Program-made: the position numbers and the translations under genes
Assembly (NCBI GenBank): GCA_963803435.1
Contig: CAWDML010000009.1
Coordinates: 1,408,001 to 1,472,000 of the forward strand
From: an uncultured delta proteobacterium
GTDB taxonomy: Bacteria > Myxococcota > Kuafuiibacteriia > Kuafuiibacteriales > Kuafuiibacteriaceae
Length of the DNA: 64,000 bases
Direction of reading: 5' to 3'
Shown: positions 39,823 to 49,400 of the stretch, one piece after another
How the letters are laid out: the number at the start of each line of letters is the position of its first letter
Position numbering within the stretch: the first letter of the stretch is position 1
Notes under the pieces: generated by a model
The model's input: only the letters and a program-made list of their open reading frames with translations
What the model was told of the DNA's origin: nothing
The model's database searches: none

Positions 39823-41493
39823 TCAGAAGAACGTGGCCGTGACGCCGGCCTGCGCCAGGAGCACATGGCGCGTCGCCGCGGTCATCTGCTGGGTCGGCGC
39901 GGACACCTCGGGGCGGACGACGCGCGCGTGGAAGATGTAATCGCGGAGCTCGACGGTCAGCGCGAAGGCGTCGAACAGCGAGAAGTTGATCCCGCCGCCG
40001 ACGTGGCCGAGGACCTTCAGGCGGTTCGGCTCGTACACGAACACGGGCCTGTCGCCCTGGACTTCGTCGGCGGGCGGACAGGTGGCGCCAAGGCCGAACA
40101 CGTCCGGGTCGAGCGCCATCCCCGGCGTACAGGGCACCCGGGTCGAGCCGACGCCGGCGCCGGCCGCGAGGTACAGCGTCAGGTCACCGTCGAACGGGAT
40201 CCCGAGCGGCGTCAGGCGGCTCCTGACCACGTTGACGCGAACGCCGGCCGCCAGCGCCCAGTCGAGCTGCGTGAGCCTGGCCAGCTCCGGGGTGAGCTTG
40301 CCCTTGTCGAGGAGCTCGCGCGTGAGCCCGCTCGGCGACGCGAACAGATAGCTGCCGAGGACCTCGACCGCGAGAAAATCGAAGATGTCGTAGTCGAGGT
40401 CGAGCGTGAGCGCCGATGCGCGCACGAAGGGATCGACCAGGCTGATGCCCGCGGCCGGCGTGATCGAGAGATGGTTGGCGAGGCTTCGGAGCGGCGGCTC
40501 GACGGCGTCGCCCGAGTCGTGCCAGCCCGCGGGATCGAGGCTGATCCGCAGGCCGCCCTGCAGCTGGAGGCTCTGGGTGATCCCGCCGCTCGGATCCGGA
40601 AAGAAGAGCTCGCGGAGCTCGATCTCCAGCGCGATGGCCTCGCGGAACGCGAACACGCGCAGGCCGCCGCCGGCCTGGAAGATCGGTGCGATCCGGTTGC
40701 TCTCCGGGGTCTCGGTCGCCAGCGACATCGTGGCGGGCCGGCGCACGTTGCCGACGCCGGCGGCGATCGCGGCGTAGATCTCGAGGCTCGGCCCCTCGAG
40801 GAGCCCGATCAGGTGCATCGGCGCCCGGGCCAGGCTGACGACGGCGCCCGCGCCGAGGCTCCACTCGGGCGCGTGCTCGTCCGAGAGCGCGTTCGCGAGG
40901 CCGCTCAGCTCCACCTCCTGGGCGAGCCCCCCGAGGCCGTTGCGCGGGTAGGCGTTGAGGACGGCCTCGATCCCGGCGCCTTCGAGGAGCCAGTAGCGGT
41001 AGCTGGCGAGGAGCCCGTCGGCGTAGGTCAGCCGGGAGCCGATACCGTGGGAGAAGCCCACCAGGAGCTCGTGCTGGGCGCGCCCGTCAACCGCGCGCTC
41101 GGTCTCGATCGTGGTGGGCTCGGGGGCAGCGGGCTTCGATGGCAGGCGCGGGACCGCCGGCGCGGTCTTCATCGGCACGTCGCCGGGCGCGGGCCCGATC
41201 TCGACGCCCGGAAGGTCGATCGTCCAGACCGAGATCAGCACGGCGACCGCCTCCATCAGCTCGGCGCAACCTACCTTGCGATCGAGATCGCGCTCGCCCA
41301 CGAGCGCGCCCGCTGGGTCCCGGAGGCGCACGCGCAGGTACTCGCTGGAGACCTCGAGCTCGACGATCTCGTCCGAAGCGGACGGAACGTCGGCCAGCCG
41401 CGCCCGCAGGTCGTCGACGTTCGGACAGCCTGCGTCTCCGTGGACCTCGAAGGCCGCGATCAGCGGGAGAAGCAAGGGAATCAGTGGAGCCAT
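39823..41493 (-). CDS. Protein with tandem myxobacterial-type outer-membrane beta-barrel domains
   Basis: Signal peptide; two related halves ending LEIELRELFF and LTVELRDYIF; LVDPF motif; terminal VTATFF. Confidence 0.7.
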   Translation of the reverse strand: MAPLIPLLLPLIAAFEVHGDAGCPNVDDLRARLADVPSASDEIVELEVSSEYLRVRLRDPAGALVGERDLDRKVGCAELMEAVAVLISVWTIDLPGVEIGPAPGDVPMKTAPAVPRLPSKPAAPEPTTIETERAVDGRAQHELLVGFSHGIGSRLTYADGLLASYRYWLLEGAGIEAVLNAYPRNGLGGLAQEVELSGLANALSDEHAPEWSLGAGAVVSLARAPMHLIGLLEGPSLEIYAAIAAGVGNVRRPATMSLATETPESNRIAPIFQAGGGLRVFAFREAIALEIELRELFFPDPSGGITQSLQLQGGLRISLDPAGWHDSGDAVEPPLRSLANHLSITPAAGISLVDPFVRASALTLDLDYDIFDFLAVEVLGSYLFASPSGLTRELLDKGKLTPELARLTQLDWALAAGVRVNVVRSRLTPLGIPFDGDLTLYLAAGAGVGSTRVPCTPGMALDPDVFGLGATCPPADEVQGDRPVFVYEPNRLKVLGHVGGGINFSLFDAFALTVELRDYIFHARVVRPEVSAPTQQMTAATRHVLLAQAGVTATFF

Positions 41494-41598
41494 CGATGGA
41501 GTACGTGCCGCGTCGAGGCAGGACCTTTCACGAGATTTTCCGTCAGTCGGCTCCGTAGGCGAAGGACACGCCACCTTCGCAGATCGCGAGGGCCCGCG

Positions 41599-42786
41599 TC
41601 ACATCTGCTCGAAGAGCTCGAGCGGACGCCAGACCCGGCCCGCCCAGGCGTCCTCGTCGTGCTTGGCGCCGGGCTGGTGCCAGTGCCACAGGTCGCGATC
41701 CCAGTGGTAGCCGGCCTCGGCGAACGCATCGACGGTGCGCCGGGTGCTGTCGTAGTTGTCGCCTCCGCCCGGGTTGCCGCCGGAGTCGAAGTAGAACTTC
41801 GGCCGCCGCAGCTTGCCGAGCGCGTGCACCCGGACCTCCATGCGATCTGGCGAGTCCGGGTGCTCGAAGCCGCCCCAGCCGAGGGTGCCCGAGAGACAGC
41901 CGACGAAGTCGTAGTTGTTCGGGTGCCGAAACGCGATGTGCACGGAGATGAGGCCGCCCAGCGACGACCCCATCACGCCGCGCTTCCGCGGCTGCCCGTA
42001 GCGCGACTCGATCAGGCTCTGGATCCGGTGGCGGACCAGGTCGGCGTAGACATCGCCGCGTCCGGCCGCCCAGTCGCCGTCGTTGACGTCCGGGACGTGG
42101 GTGTACTCGTCGCGGCGATCGTTCGTGTTGTCGATGCCGATGACCAGCGTCGAAGGACCCGCCGCCGCGTCGAGCTTCCATCCGCCGTTGAAGAGGTTCT
42201 GGCCGTCGTGCACGTACAGGTGGTGCGTGGGCTTCTTCGCCGGCACCCAGACCCGCACGGTGCGCGGCGCGAGCTGGCCGTCGGTGACGCCGGGCCAGCG
42301 CTCGAGGTGCGGGCCTTCGGGGGCGCGCGTCCGCGAGAACTCACCGTTCTCGTCGTAGCCGTAGAAGCGGCTGTTCGGATCGGCGAACCAGTCGCCCTCT
42401 TTCGAGACGAGCTTGTATCGCCCTTCCGGGTGTCCCGGGACGCGGAGAAAATGCAAGTTACCTTGCGATTCCATCGGCTGCGGTGTCCAGCCGTTGGCCT
42501 CCAGGCCGATGTGGAAGGGACCCTCGTCGTCGGAGAGCAGCGCGAAGATCGTCTCGCCCGCCGCGCGGATCGGCCAGCCGGCCCCATGCGCGATCTCGAT
42601 CATCGCATCGCCTCTGGGAATCTCTCCCGCCCGCATGGCCTCGAAGGTCTCGACCGCGGCGGCGGAGGCGCTGTTCGGTCGCACCGCGCTCGGAGCCTCG
42701 GGGAGAATGAGCGCAGTTCGGGCCCTGGCGGGCGGCGCGCCTTCACCCGGCCGGACGAGGGGCCGGGCGCGATCGACGGGGCGCAC
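41599..42786 (-). CDS. Alpha/beta-hydrolase (putative esterase family); start uncertain
   Basis: LYVHDGQNLF, GSSLGG nucleophile elbow, YFDSG, AKHDEDAW. Confidence 0.85.
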   Translation of the reverse strand: MRPVDRARPLVRPGEGAPPARARTALILPEAPSAVRPNSASAAAVETFEAMRAGEIPRGDAMIEIAHGAGWPIRAAGETIFALLSDDEGPFHIGLEANGWTPQPMESQGNLHFLRVPGHPEGRYKLVSKEGDWFADPNSRFYGYDENGEFSRTRAPEGPHLERWPGVTDGQLAPRTVRVWVPAKKPTHHLYVHDGQNLFNGGWKLDAAAGPSTLVIGIDNTNDRRDEYTHVPDVNDGDWAAGRGDVYADLVRHRIQSLIESRYGQPRKRGVMGSSLGGLISVHIAFRHPNNYDFVGCLSGTLGWGGFEHPDSPDRMEVRVHALGKLRRPKFYFDSGGNPGGGDNYDSTRRTVDAFAEAGYHWDRDLWHWHQPGAKHDEDAWAGRVWRPLELFEQM

Positions 42787-42824
42787 GCTCGGTTATCGGC
42801 GACCGCCCGGGGCCGTTCCTCGGA

Positions 42825-43220
42825 TCAACGGCCGATCCGTCCCTCGGCGACGGCCACCCGGACGTCGGCGATCAGGGGCCGATCGGCCGGCGGCATCGGC
42901 AGGGCTTCCAGCTCGGAGGGCTCGAACCACGCGATGGCCTGGCCCTCCGCGGACCGCGGCTCGCCCTCGAGCGCGACCGCGTACAGCACCAGCGCGATCG
43001 CCCCATCGTCCGCAGCGCCGACGGAACGCCCGACCACCGCCTCCACGCCGAGCTCCTCGCGGAGCTCCCGTGCCAGCGCCTCGGCGTCGGTCTCGCCCGG
43101 ATCCACCTTGCCGCCCGGAAACTCCCAGAGTCCCGCGTGACGGCCGCGGTCGGGCCGGCGATCGAGCAGCACCCTGCCCTCGCGGACGATCAACGCCGCC
43201 ACCACGCGGATCGGCTGCAC
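42825..43220 (-). CDS. NUDIX hydrolase, MutT/NudG-like
   Basis: WEFPGGKVDPGETDAEALARELREELG Nudix box; MPPAD. Confidence 0.9.
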   Translation of the reverse strand: MQPIRVVAALIVREGRVLLDRRPDRGRHAGLWEFPGGKVDPGETDAEALARELREELGVEAVVGRSVGAADDGAIALVLYAVALEGEPRSAEGQAIAWFEPSELEALPMPPADRPLIADVRVAVAEGRIGR

Positions 43221-43229
43221 GCGGCCAGG

Positions 43230-44030
43230 CTACGCCGCTTCGTGCAAAAAGTCGTTGGGTTGCTCGGCGCGGCGCTCGCGCCAGATCGCGCGCGAGCGAG
43301 CGAACACGCCCGCGTGGCGGAGCGGATCCTCGATGCGCCGGACCTTCTTCGCGTCGCTCTTCATCTCGAGATAGCCGGAGCCGCGAACGTGACAGAGGAA
43401 GGCGCGGCGGAGCTTCGCTTCGAGCTTGCGGACACGGGCACGGTTCCAGCCCATGCGCCGGGCCGTGTTCTCCTGCGAGCACTGGGCGAGGAAGCGGAAG
43501 CGGAAGAACTGCTCCTCCTCGCGGGTGAGCGCCTCGAGGAAGCCCATGATCAGGCCGTAGATCTCGAGGTTCTCCACCTGCGACTCGGTGTCGTGCCCCT
43601 CGAGGTTCTCGTTGAGGGCCACGCGCTGGGAGACGACCCAGCTCTCGAGCGGCGAGAGATCGTCGGAGGGCGCATCCCGCATCAGCGCCTCGCCCACGGG
43701 GATCTGGCGGCGGCGCGTGGTGAGATCGGTGATGACGGCGTTGCGGGCGATGGTGAAGAGATAGTTCTTGTAGGGACGGATGCCGTCGTAGGCCTGGCGG
43801 GCCTTCACACCGAAGGCCCGGCGGAACGTCTCCTGGATGATGTCCTCGAGATCGTGCGCGTCGCCGAGCCCGGCGAAGTAGAGCTGCCGTCCCTCGCTTC
43901 GAAACGCGAAGCCGCGGAGCACGAAGCTCTTGAGGGGCCGCTCGAAGGCCCGGTAGACCGCCTCGAGCGCCTTGAGGTCGCCTTCGCGGAACCTCTCCAG
44001 AAATCCGGGATTCTTCTTGAACGGATCCAC
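43230..44030 (-). CDS. ECF-type RNA polymerase sigma factor
   Basis: DLEDIIQETFRRAF, YKNYLFTIARNAVI (sigma2); LTREEEQFFRFRF...SQENTARRMG (sigma4). GTG 44030. Confidence 0.85.
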   Translation of the reverse strand: MDPFKKNPGFLERFREGDLKALEAVYRAFERPLKSFVLRGFAFRSEGRQLYFAGLGDAHDLEDIIQETFRRAFGVKARQAYDGIRPYKNYLFTIARNAVITDLTTRRRQIPVGEALMRDAPSDDLSPLESWVVSQRVALNENLEGHDTESQVENLEIYGLIMGFLEALTREEEQFFRFRFLAQCSQENTARRMGWNRARVRKLEAKLRRAFLCHVRGSGYLEMKSDAKKVRRIEDPLRHAGVFARSRAIWRERRAEQPNDFLHEAA

Positions 44031-44170
44031 CAGCCCTCCGCGTATTCTGATCGGGTGCCCCACGTTCCCCGGGCAACGACCTCCAAGGGACGTGCCAGGG
44101 GTCCGGCGAGGGCGCTCACCCGGTCGTGCGGTCCTTTCGAGGGCTTGGAGACGAGACGCAGCGCGTCGAA

Positions 44171-44190
44171 GCATGACATCGCTGTCATGC
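44171..44190. promoter_or_regulatory. Perfect 8-bp inverted repeat between the bamB-like gene and the ECF sigma gene (operator or hairpin)
   Basis: GCATGACA-TCGC-TGTCATGC. Confidence 0.4.
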
Positions 44191-44206
44191 CGGCGATGAA
44201 AAGTTC

Positions 44207-45415
44207 CTACCGGATGATCAGCGTCTTCCGTTCGGGATCGCCGCTCATCGAGGCGGGCGCGGCGTTGGCGCCGGCGCCGTAGCGCATCACCAGGAGGAGA
44301 GCCTTGTTGCTGAAGACCAGCATGTCCGGGTCATCCCACGCGGGCGGCACCGAAGTGCCCGCCGATCCGGTCGCGATGAGCTGGACCGGCTGTCCCGTGT
44401 CCACGTCGAGCACCACCGTCGCGCCGTGCGTCGAGCTCACCACCACCTGGTTCCGACCGATGAATACCGGCGCCAGCCCCGATCCGGCTCGGAACTTGTA
44501 GCGCCAGCGGATCTTGCCGTTCTCGGTGTAGAGACCGAGCACCTGGCGATCGCCGGTGACCGCGACCATGAGCCCGGACCCGGCGGCGACCAGCCCGCTG
44601 ATCCGGGCGTGGGGTTGCTTCCAGATCACCGCGCCGGTCTCGGCGTCGACCTTGAAGAGGCCCGTGTTGTACGCGGCTGCGATGACCGCCTTGCCGCCAT
44701 CCACCACCACCGGCGGGGTGTCGACGTCCGCGAAGAAGTCGGAGGCGTTGCCGATGAGCGCCACCCAGAGCGTCTGACCGCCCGTCACGTCGACGGCCAC
44801 CAGCGCGCCGTCCGAGAACCCGAGATACGCCCGGTTCTTCGCGCGATCGATCGACGGCTCCGCCTGCCCGCGGACCGTGATGCCCTCGGGCGTGGGACGC
44901 TTCGCACGCCAGAGCTTCTCGCCCTTCTCCAGATCGACAGCCTGGAAGGCGTTGGGGCGGATCGGGATCACGGCGATCGAGCTGGTGCGCGCGATGCGGC
45001 CGCCGATCGGGGCGTCCAGATCGACGCGCCAGCGCTCCTTGCCGATCTGCTCGTCGAGCGCCACCAGCGCGGAGTCGCTGCCGAGGATGACGTGCTGCTG
45101 GTACTCGATCATGGACCGGCCCACCGCGCCCATGTCGTCGCGGTGCCAGAGCTCGTCGCCGGTGCTGAGGTCGAACGCCACCAGCTTGCCCTTACGGGTG
45201 GCCACGAAGGCCCGCACGTTGTCGTCGCTGATCAGCGGGATCGTCCACTCCTCTTCGTTCGACTCGAAGAACTCGAACGTGGCGAGATCGCGCGTGTACC
45301 GGACGCCCAACACCTTGTGGAGCGTATCGGGAGCGGGCTTCACGAACCCGGGGGTCCCGGCCGCCGCGGTCTGGCCGGCCAACGCCAGGAGCGGGAGCAG
45401 CGCCAGCGCGTGCAC
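44207..45415 (-). CDS. bamB: BamB-like PQQ-type beta-propeller protein
   Basis: Repeated LVAxDxxTGxxxW motifs; directly downstream of a yfgM-like gene, matching the known yfgM-bamB synteny. Confidence 0.7.
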   Translation of the reverse strand: MHALALLPLLALAGQTAAAGTPGFVKPAPDTLHKVLGVRYTRDLATFEFFESNEEEWTIPLISDDNVRAFVATRKGKLVAFDLSTGDELWHRDDMGAVGRSMIEYQQHVILGSDSALVALDEQIGKERWRVDLDAPIGGRIARTSSIAVIPIRPNAFQAVDLEKGEKLWRAKRPTPEGITVRGQAEPSIDRAKNRAYLGFSDGALVAVDVTGGQTLWVALIGNASDFFADVDTPPVVVDGGKAVIAAAYNTGLFKVDAETGAVIWKQPHARISGLVAAGSGLMVAVTGDRQVLGLYTENGKIRWRYKFRAGSGLAPVFIGRNQVVVSSTHGATVVLDVDTGQPVQLIATGSAGTSVPPAWDDPDMLVFSNKALLLVMRYGAGANAAPASMSGDPERKTLIIR

Positions 45416-46119
45416 TACTGGAGCGCCTTCAACCGGTTCTCGGCGTACGGCTTGAGCGGCGACGCCGGATCCATGTCGACGATCGACTGATAGGCGGCGA
45501 TCGCGCCCTCCTTGTCGCCCTTCTCCTCGAGGACCCGGCCTTTGTGCTTGAGGCCGTAGTCCTTGTAGAACGGCTGGGAGCCGGCCAGCTGATCGAAGGT
45601 CTTGGCGGCGGCGTCCAGCTTGTTCTGGGCCTCCTGCGCGTATCCGAGACCCTCGAGCGCGAAGAACATGAGCTCGTCGTCCGGCTTGGCGGAGCTGACG
45701 TAGGCCTGGAACTTCTCCTCGGCCTCGGCGGGCTTGCCGAGGCGGGACAGGAGGTCGCCGTGGTAGAGCGCCGCGATCCGGGCGGCGCCGGTGTTCGGGT
45801 GCGCCTCCTCGAAGTCCGCCAGCTGCTTGGCGGCCTTCTGGTAGCCGGCCTCGAGGTCCTTGCTCGACGTGGACGTCAGCACCTTGCGGAGATCCGTGGC
45901 GTCTCGGTAGGTGTCGACCGCCTGGACCAGGTCGTTGGTGACGAGCGCGGCGCCGTGCTCCGTGCTGCTCCGGAAGTAATCGAGGCCGATCACCCCGGCG
46001 AGCACCAAAACGAGCCCGGCGAGGACCAGCTTCAGGTTGGCCTCGAACCATTTGGCGATGGTTTGGCCCTCCTGCTGGAACGCGTCGGGCGCGGCGTCTT
46101 TCGGCTTTCTCCGCGCCAT
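45415..46119 (-). CDS. YfgM-like single-TM TPR protein
   Basis: PDAFQ...KWFEANLK, TM, TPR helices. Confidence 0.75.
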   Translation of the reverse strand: MARRKPKDAAPDAFQQEGQTIAKWFEANLKLVLAGLVLVLAGVIGLDYFRSSTEHGAALVTNDLVQAVDTYRDATDLRKVLTSTSSKDLEAGYQKAAKQLADFEEAHPNTGAARIAALYHGDLLSRLGKPAEAEEKFQAYVSSAKPDDELMFFALEGLGYAQEAQNKLDAAAKTFDQLAGSQPFYKDYGLKHKGRVLEEKGDKEGAIAAYQSIVDMDPASPLKPYAENRLKALQ

Positions 46120-46174
46120 GGGGCTGCGTTTCCGCACCTTTGACTGTACGAGTCAAGCGGTGTTGAAGCTCGCC

Positions 46175-46681
46175 ATGCGCTCCGCTGTCGGCCTCTCCGC
46201 CCTCCTCTTCTCGTTCGCGCAAACTGCGTCGGCGGCCGAGCAGGAGATCCTGCTCTCGGTCGAGCCCGCGTATGCGGTGACCACCGGCGGCATGAGCCAG
46301 CACGGGCTCGGGGGACAGGTGACCTTCGCGTACGGCCTGACCGACGCCCTCTGGATGACCGTCTCCGCCGGCGGGAGCCGGCAGCTCGCGCGCGGCGAGC
46401 TCGAGGGCCGCACGCTGCTCGAGGCCTTCGGCGGGCTCACCGCCGCCCTCGACGTGCTCCGCGTGATCCCGTTCGCCGAGCTGCTCATCGGCGTCGTCCG
46501 CGGCCAGGCCGGCAATCAAGCCCACTACGATCCGACCCTCCGCCTCGGCGCCGGCTTCGACTATCTGCTGTCGCCCTCGTTCTCGGTGGGGGCGGTGTTT
46601 CGGTACCGCCCCGTGAGCGACGCGATCGGCGACGACGATTTCACGGTGTCCGCCCGGCTGTGCTGGAGGGTCGAGCTCTGA
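46175..46681 (+). CDS. Small outer-membrane beta-barrel protein
   Basis: Signal peptide (AQTASA); DVLRVIPFAE, GAGFDYLLSPSFSVGAVFRY strands. Confidence 0.75.
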   Translation: MRSAVGLSALLFSFAQTASAAEQEILLSVEPAYAVTTGGMSQHGLGGQVTFAYGLTDALWMTVSAGGSRQLARGELEGRTLLEAFGGLTAALDVLRVIPFAELLIGVVRGQAGNQAHYDPTLRLGAGFDYLLSPSFSVGAVFRYRPVSDAIGDDDFTVSARLCWRVEL

Positions 46682-46728
46682 GCCGGGTCCTATGCCTTCG
46701 AAAAGTCCCGTGTTACACCTCGGGCCTG

Positions 46729-47968
46729 GTGCGCCTTTTGGCCGTCATCGCGCTCGCCCTCGCCGCCGCGCCGGCCTTCGCGCAGGATCCGCCGGTCCCG
46801 CCGGCGCCGGACGGCGGCACCCCCGAGAAGAAGAAGGAGATCGCCCCCGGCTTCGAGGAGGAGGAGGCCCCCAAGACGCCGGTCAAGCCCAAGGCGAAGG
46901 CCAAGGCCAAGGCCGAGGACGAGGAGGAGAGTCCCGACCTCCCGGCCCTCGCCACCGAGCCCGGCCGCAACGAGCGCCTGATCGAGGACATCAACGCGGC
47001 CCGCGGCGAGGTCACCCTCGGCGAGCTGGTCGACGAGATCCTCGCGGACGTCATGGCGGAGATCGCGCGGCTGCCGGTGAAGCGGGTCTCGCCGCTGGCG
47101 ATCCGGCAGATCGCCGTCGGCGCCAACGTCTCGCCCCGATACGTGGTGCAGCTCCGCAACCACCTGATCGCCCAAATCCACGCCGGCACCGAGCTCAAGG
47201 TGGTCCGCTGCATCGAGTGCGACGCCACCACCACGCGCATCGAGGGCGGCCAGTGGCTCATCACCCGGGGCATGATCAGCACCGAGGAGATGAAGGCGGT
47301 CGGCGACCAGATTCGGCGCCAAGTCGTTCCTCGACGTCACCTTCGCCTTCTCGCCCGAGGACGGGAACGTCGAGATGGACTTCCAGCTGATCCGGGTCAA
47401 GGACGCCGAGATCGTCTGGGCCGACTCGTTCCGCGCCGACGAGTCGACCCCCTCGCTGATGCGGAGCTCCGAGGCGCCCACCCGGCGCAAGGACCGACTC
47501 CGCGATCTGGAGATGCTGCTCGAGGGTCGCCCGTACTACGGGATCCACGCCTCGGCGGGCTTCATGCTGATCCCGTACAACGACCCCAACGCAGGTGACA
47601 TCACCGGCGCCACCGCAGGCTTTCGTGTTTACGAGCGCTTCGGTGTCGAACGTCGGGTGATGTTCGGCCTCGACCTGATGGGCTTCCTGAACACCACGCG
47701 GCTGGCCGGCGGCATCATCTCCGCGGGCGCCTGGTGGATCCCGTTCCGCCCCGACCTCGTCAACCCCGAGCTCCGCATCGGCGCCAAGGGCGGCGCGTTC
47801 ATCGCCGGCAGCCAAGGCAACGCGGCGATGTTCCAGCTGGGGGCCGAGGTGCTCCTGCGCTACCGGTTCGGGCTGTACCTCTATGCGCTGTTCATGACCA
47901 AGTCGACGTACGTCGACAACGAGCTCGGAGGGGTCGGAATGTCGACCGGCCTCTCCTTCAACTGGTGA
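46729..47968 (+). CDS. CsgG/TolB-N/FlgO-like periplasmic domain fused to a C-terminal beta-barrel; +1 frameshift near 47312
   Basis: Signal peptide PAFA. Removing one T of GATTC gives KAVGDQIGAKSFLDVTF...FQLIRVKDAEIVW. Ends GLSFNW. Confidence 0.65.
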
Positions 47969-47972
47969 GGCG

Positions 47973-48602
47973 GTGATGCGGATGCGGACAGTCGTCACCT
48001 CGATCGTCGCCCTCGGGCTCGTCGGCTGCGGCGCCTCGCAGCGGAAGATCAAGATTCCCGACAGCGTGATCGCCAACCCGAAGAAGAAGGACGCGCCCGA
48101 CCGTTCGCCGCCGCCCTACGTGGTCAAGATGTCGGACGGCCAGCACATCTGGGAGATCGAGATCCCGATCCCCACCGGCACACCCAGCTTCCAGGCGGCG
48201 ATCCCCCTCGATCTGGGCGACATCTCCAAGCGGCCGCCCGGCACCTATACCTATCAGACCGAGGCCGACCGGGAGATCATCGAGGCGAAGAAGGCGGCGG
48301 GCGAGCCGGTGCCGGAGGTGAAGCCGGGCGAAGAGCCCCACACCGCCAGCTACCTGGCGACCATCGCGCGGGTGCGGGAGCTCTTCAAGCGGCGGCAGTA
48401 CGAGATGGCGCTGGTGGACCTGGTGAAGCTCGATCGCCAGTATCCCGACGACGAGCGGATCCTGGAGATGAAGGGCACGTTGTACTTCCGGCTCAACCGC
48501 CCGAAAGAAGCCAAGAAGGCTTGGGAGCGCGTGCTCTCCTTGAACCCGAACAACGAGGGGGTCGCCCGGGCGCTCGAGCGCCTCGAGGCCGATTCGGAGT
48601 AG
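47973..48602 (+). CDS. TPR lipoprotein
   Basis: Lipobox LVGC; C-terminal TPR (MKGTLYFRLNRPKEAKKAWERVLSLNPNN). Confidence 0.85.
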   Translation: MMRMRTVVTSIVALGLVGCGASQRKIKIPDSVIANPKKKDAPDRSPPPYVVKMSDGQHIWEIEIPIPTGTPSFQAAIPLDLGDISKRPPGTYTYQTEADREIIEAKKAAGEPVPEVKPGEEPHTASYLATIARVRELFKRRQYEMALVDLVKLDRQYPDDERILEMKGTLYFRLNRPKEAKKAWERVLSLNPNNEGVARALERLEADSE

Positions 48603-48617
48603 GGAGTAGGCAGCCTC

Positions 48618-49400
48618 ATGCATGTCGTCCTCGGGATCGCGGTGACCCTCTTCGCCTTCGTGGCGAGCCACTTCACGGCCGGCGCGCTGGGGATGGGCGG
48701 ACTTCTCAACCCGGGCGCGCTGGTGCTCCTGGTGATCGCGCCGCTCGGCGTGGCGATGATCGCCCACCCGTTCACCGACTGGCGCGCCAACTTCTCGGTG
48801 CTCTTCCGCGCCTTCCAGCACGACAAGAACCGGAACCTCTACCTCGCCTCGGAGGAGATGATGGCGATCGCCCGGGCCGTACGCGAGACGCGCTGGGCCG
48901 AGGCTGAGGACGCGATCGCGCGGGCCCGCTCCGAGCAGGTGAAGAACCTGGCGCCCCACCTGTTGGCGCGGCTCGAGGGCGACGCTCTGCACGAGGCCGT
49001 CGGCAACTCCTCCTTCCGCTGGATGGCGGAGGTGAAGGGCTCGGACGACTTCCTCCAGAGCCTGGCCCGCGTCTCGCCGGCCTTCGGGATGATCGGGACG
49101 ATCATGGGGCTCGTCGATCTCTTCAAGAACATGCGGGAGTCGGCGAGCCTCGGCCCGGGCATGGCGATGGCGCTCCTGGCCACGCTGTACGGCTTGATCC
49201 TCTGCTACTGCGTGTACATGCCGCTGTCGCAGCGCGTCCGCACGTACCTGACGTCCGGCTCGCAGGAGCAGCGTGTCATCGAGCGGGCGATCAACCTGAT
49301 CGTCGACGGCCGGCCCATCCACGAGGTCCGCGGCGCGGTTCTCGACGCCGCCAACGGGACGGCCCGCGACTCGGCCTCGAGCGTGGTGCCGCTGGTATGA
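48618..49400 (+). CDS. motA: MotA/PomA-type stator subunit
   Basis: Two N-terminal TMs (LLNPGALVLLV), cytoplasmic loop, SPAFGMIGTIMGL, LGPGMAMALLATLYG. Confidence 0.88.
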   Translation: MHVVLGIAVTLFAFVASHFTAGALGMGGLLNPGALVLLVIAPLGVAMIAHPFTDWRANFSVLFRAFQHDKNRNLYLASEEMMAIARAVRETRWAEAEDAIARARSEQVKNLAPHLLARLEGDALHEAVGNSSFRWMAEVKGSDDFLQSLARVSPAFGMIGTIMGLVDLFKNMRESASLGPGMAMALLATLYGLILCYCVYMPLSQRVRTYLTSGSQEQRVIERAINLIVDGRPIHEVRGAVLDAANGTARDSASSVVPLV

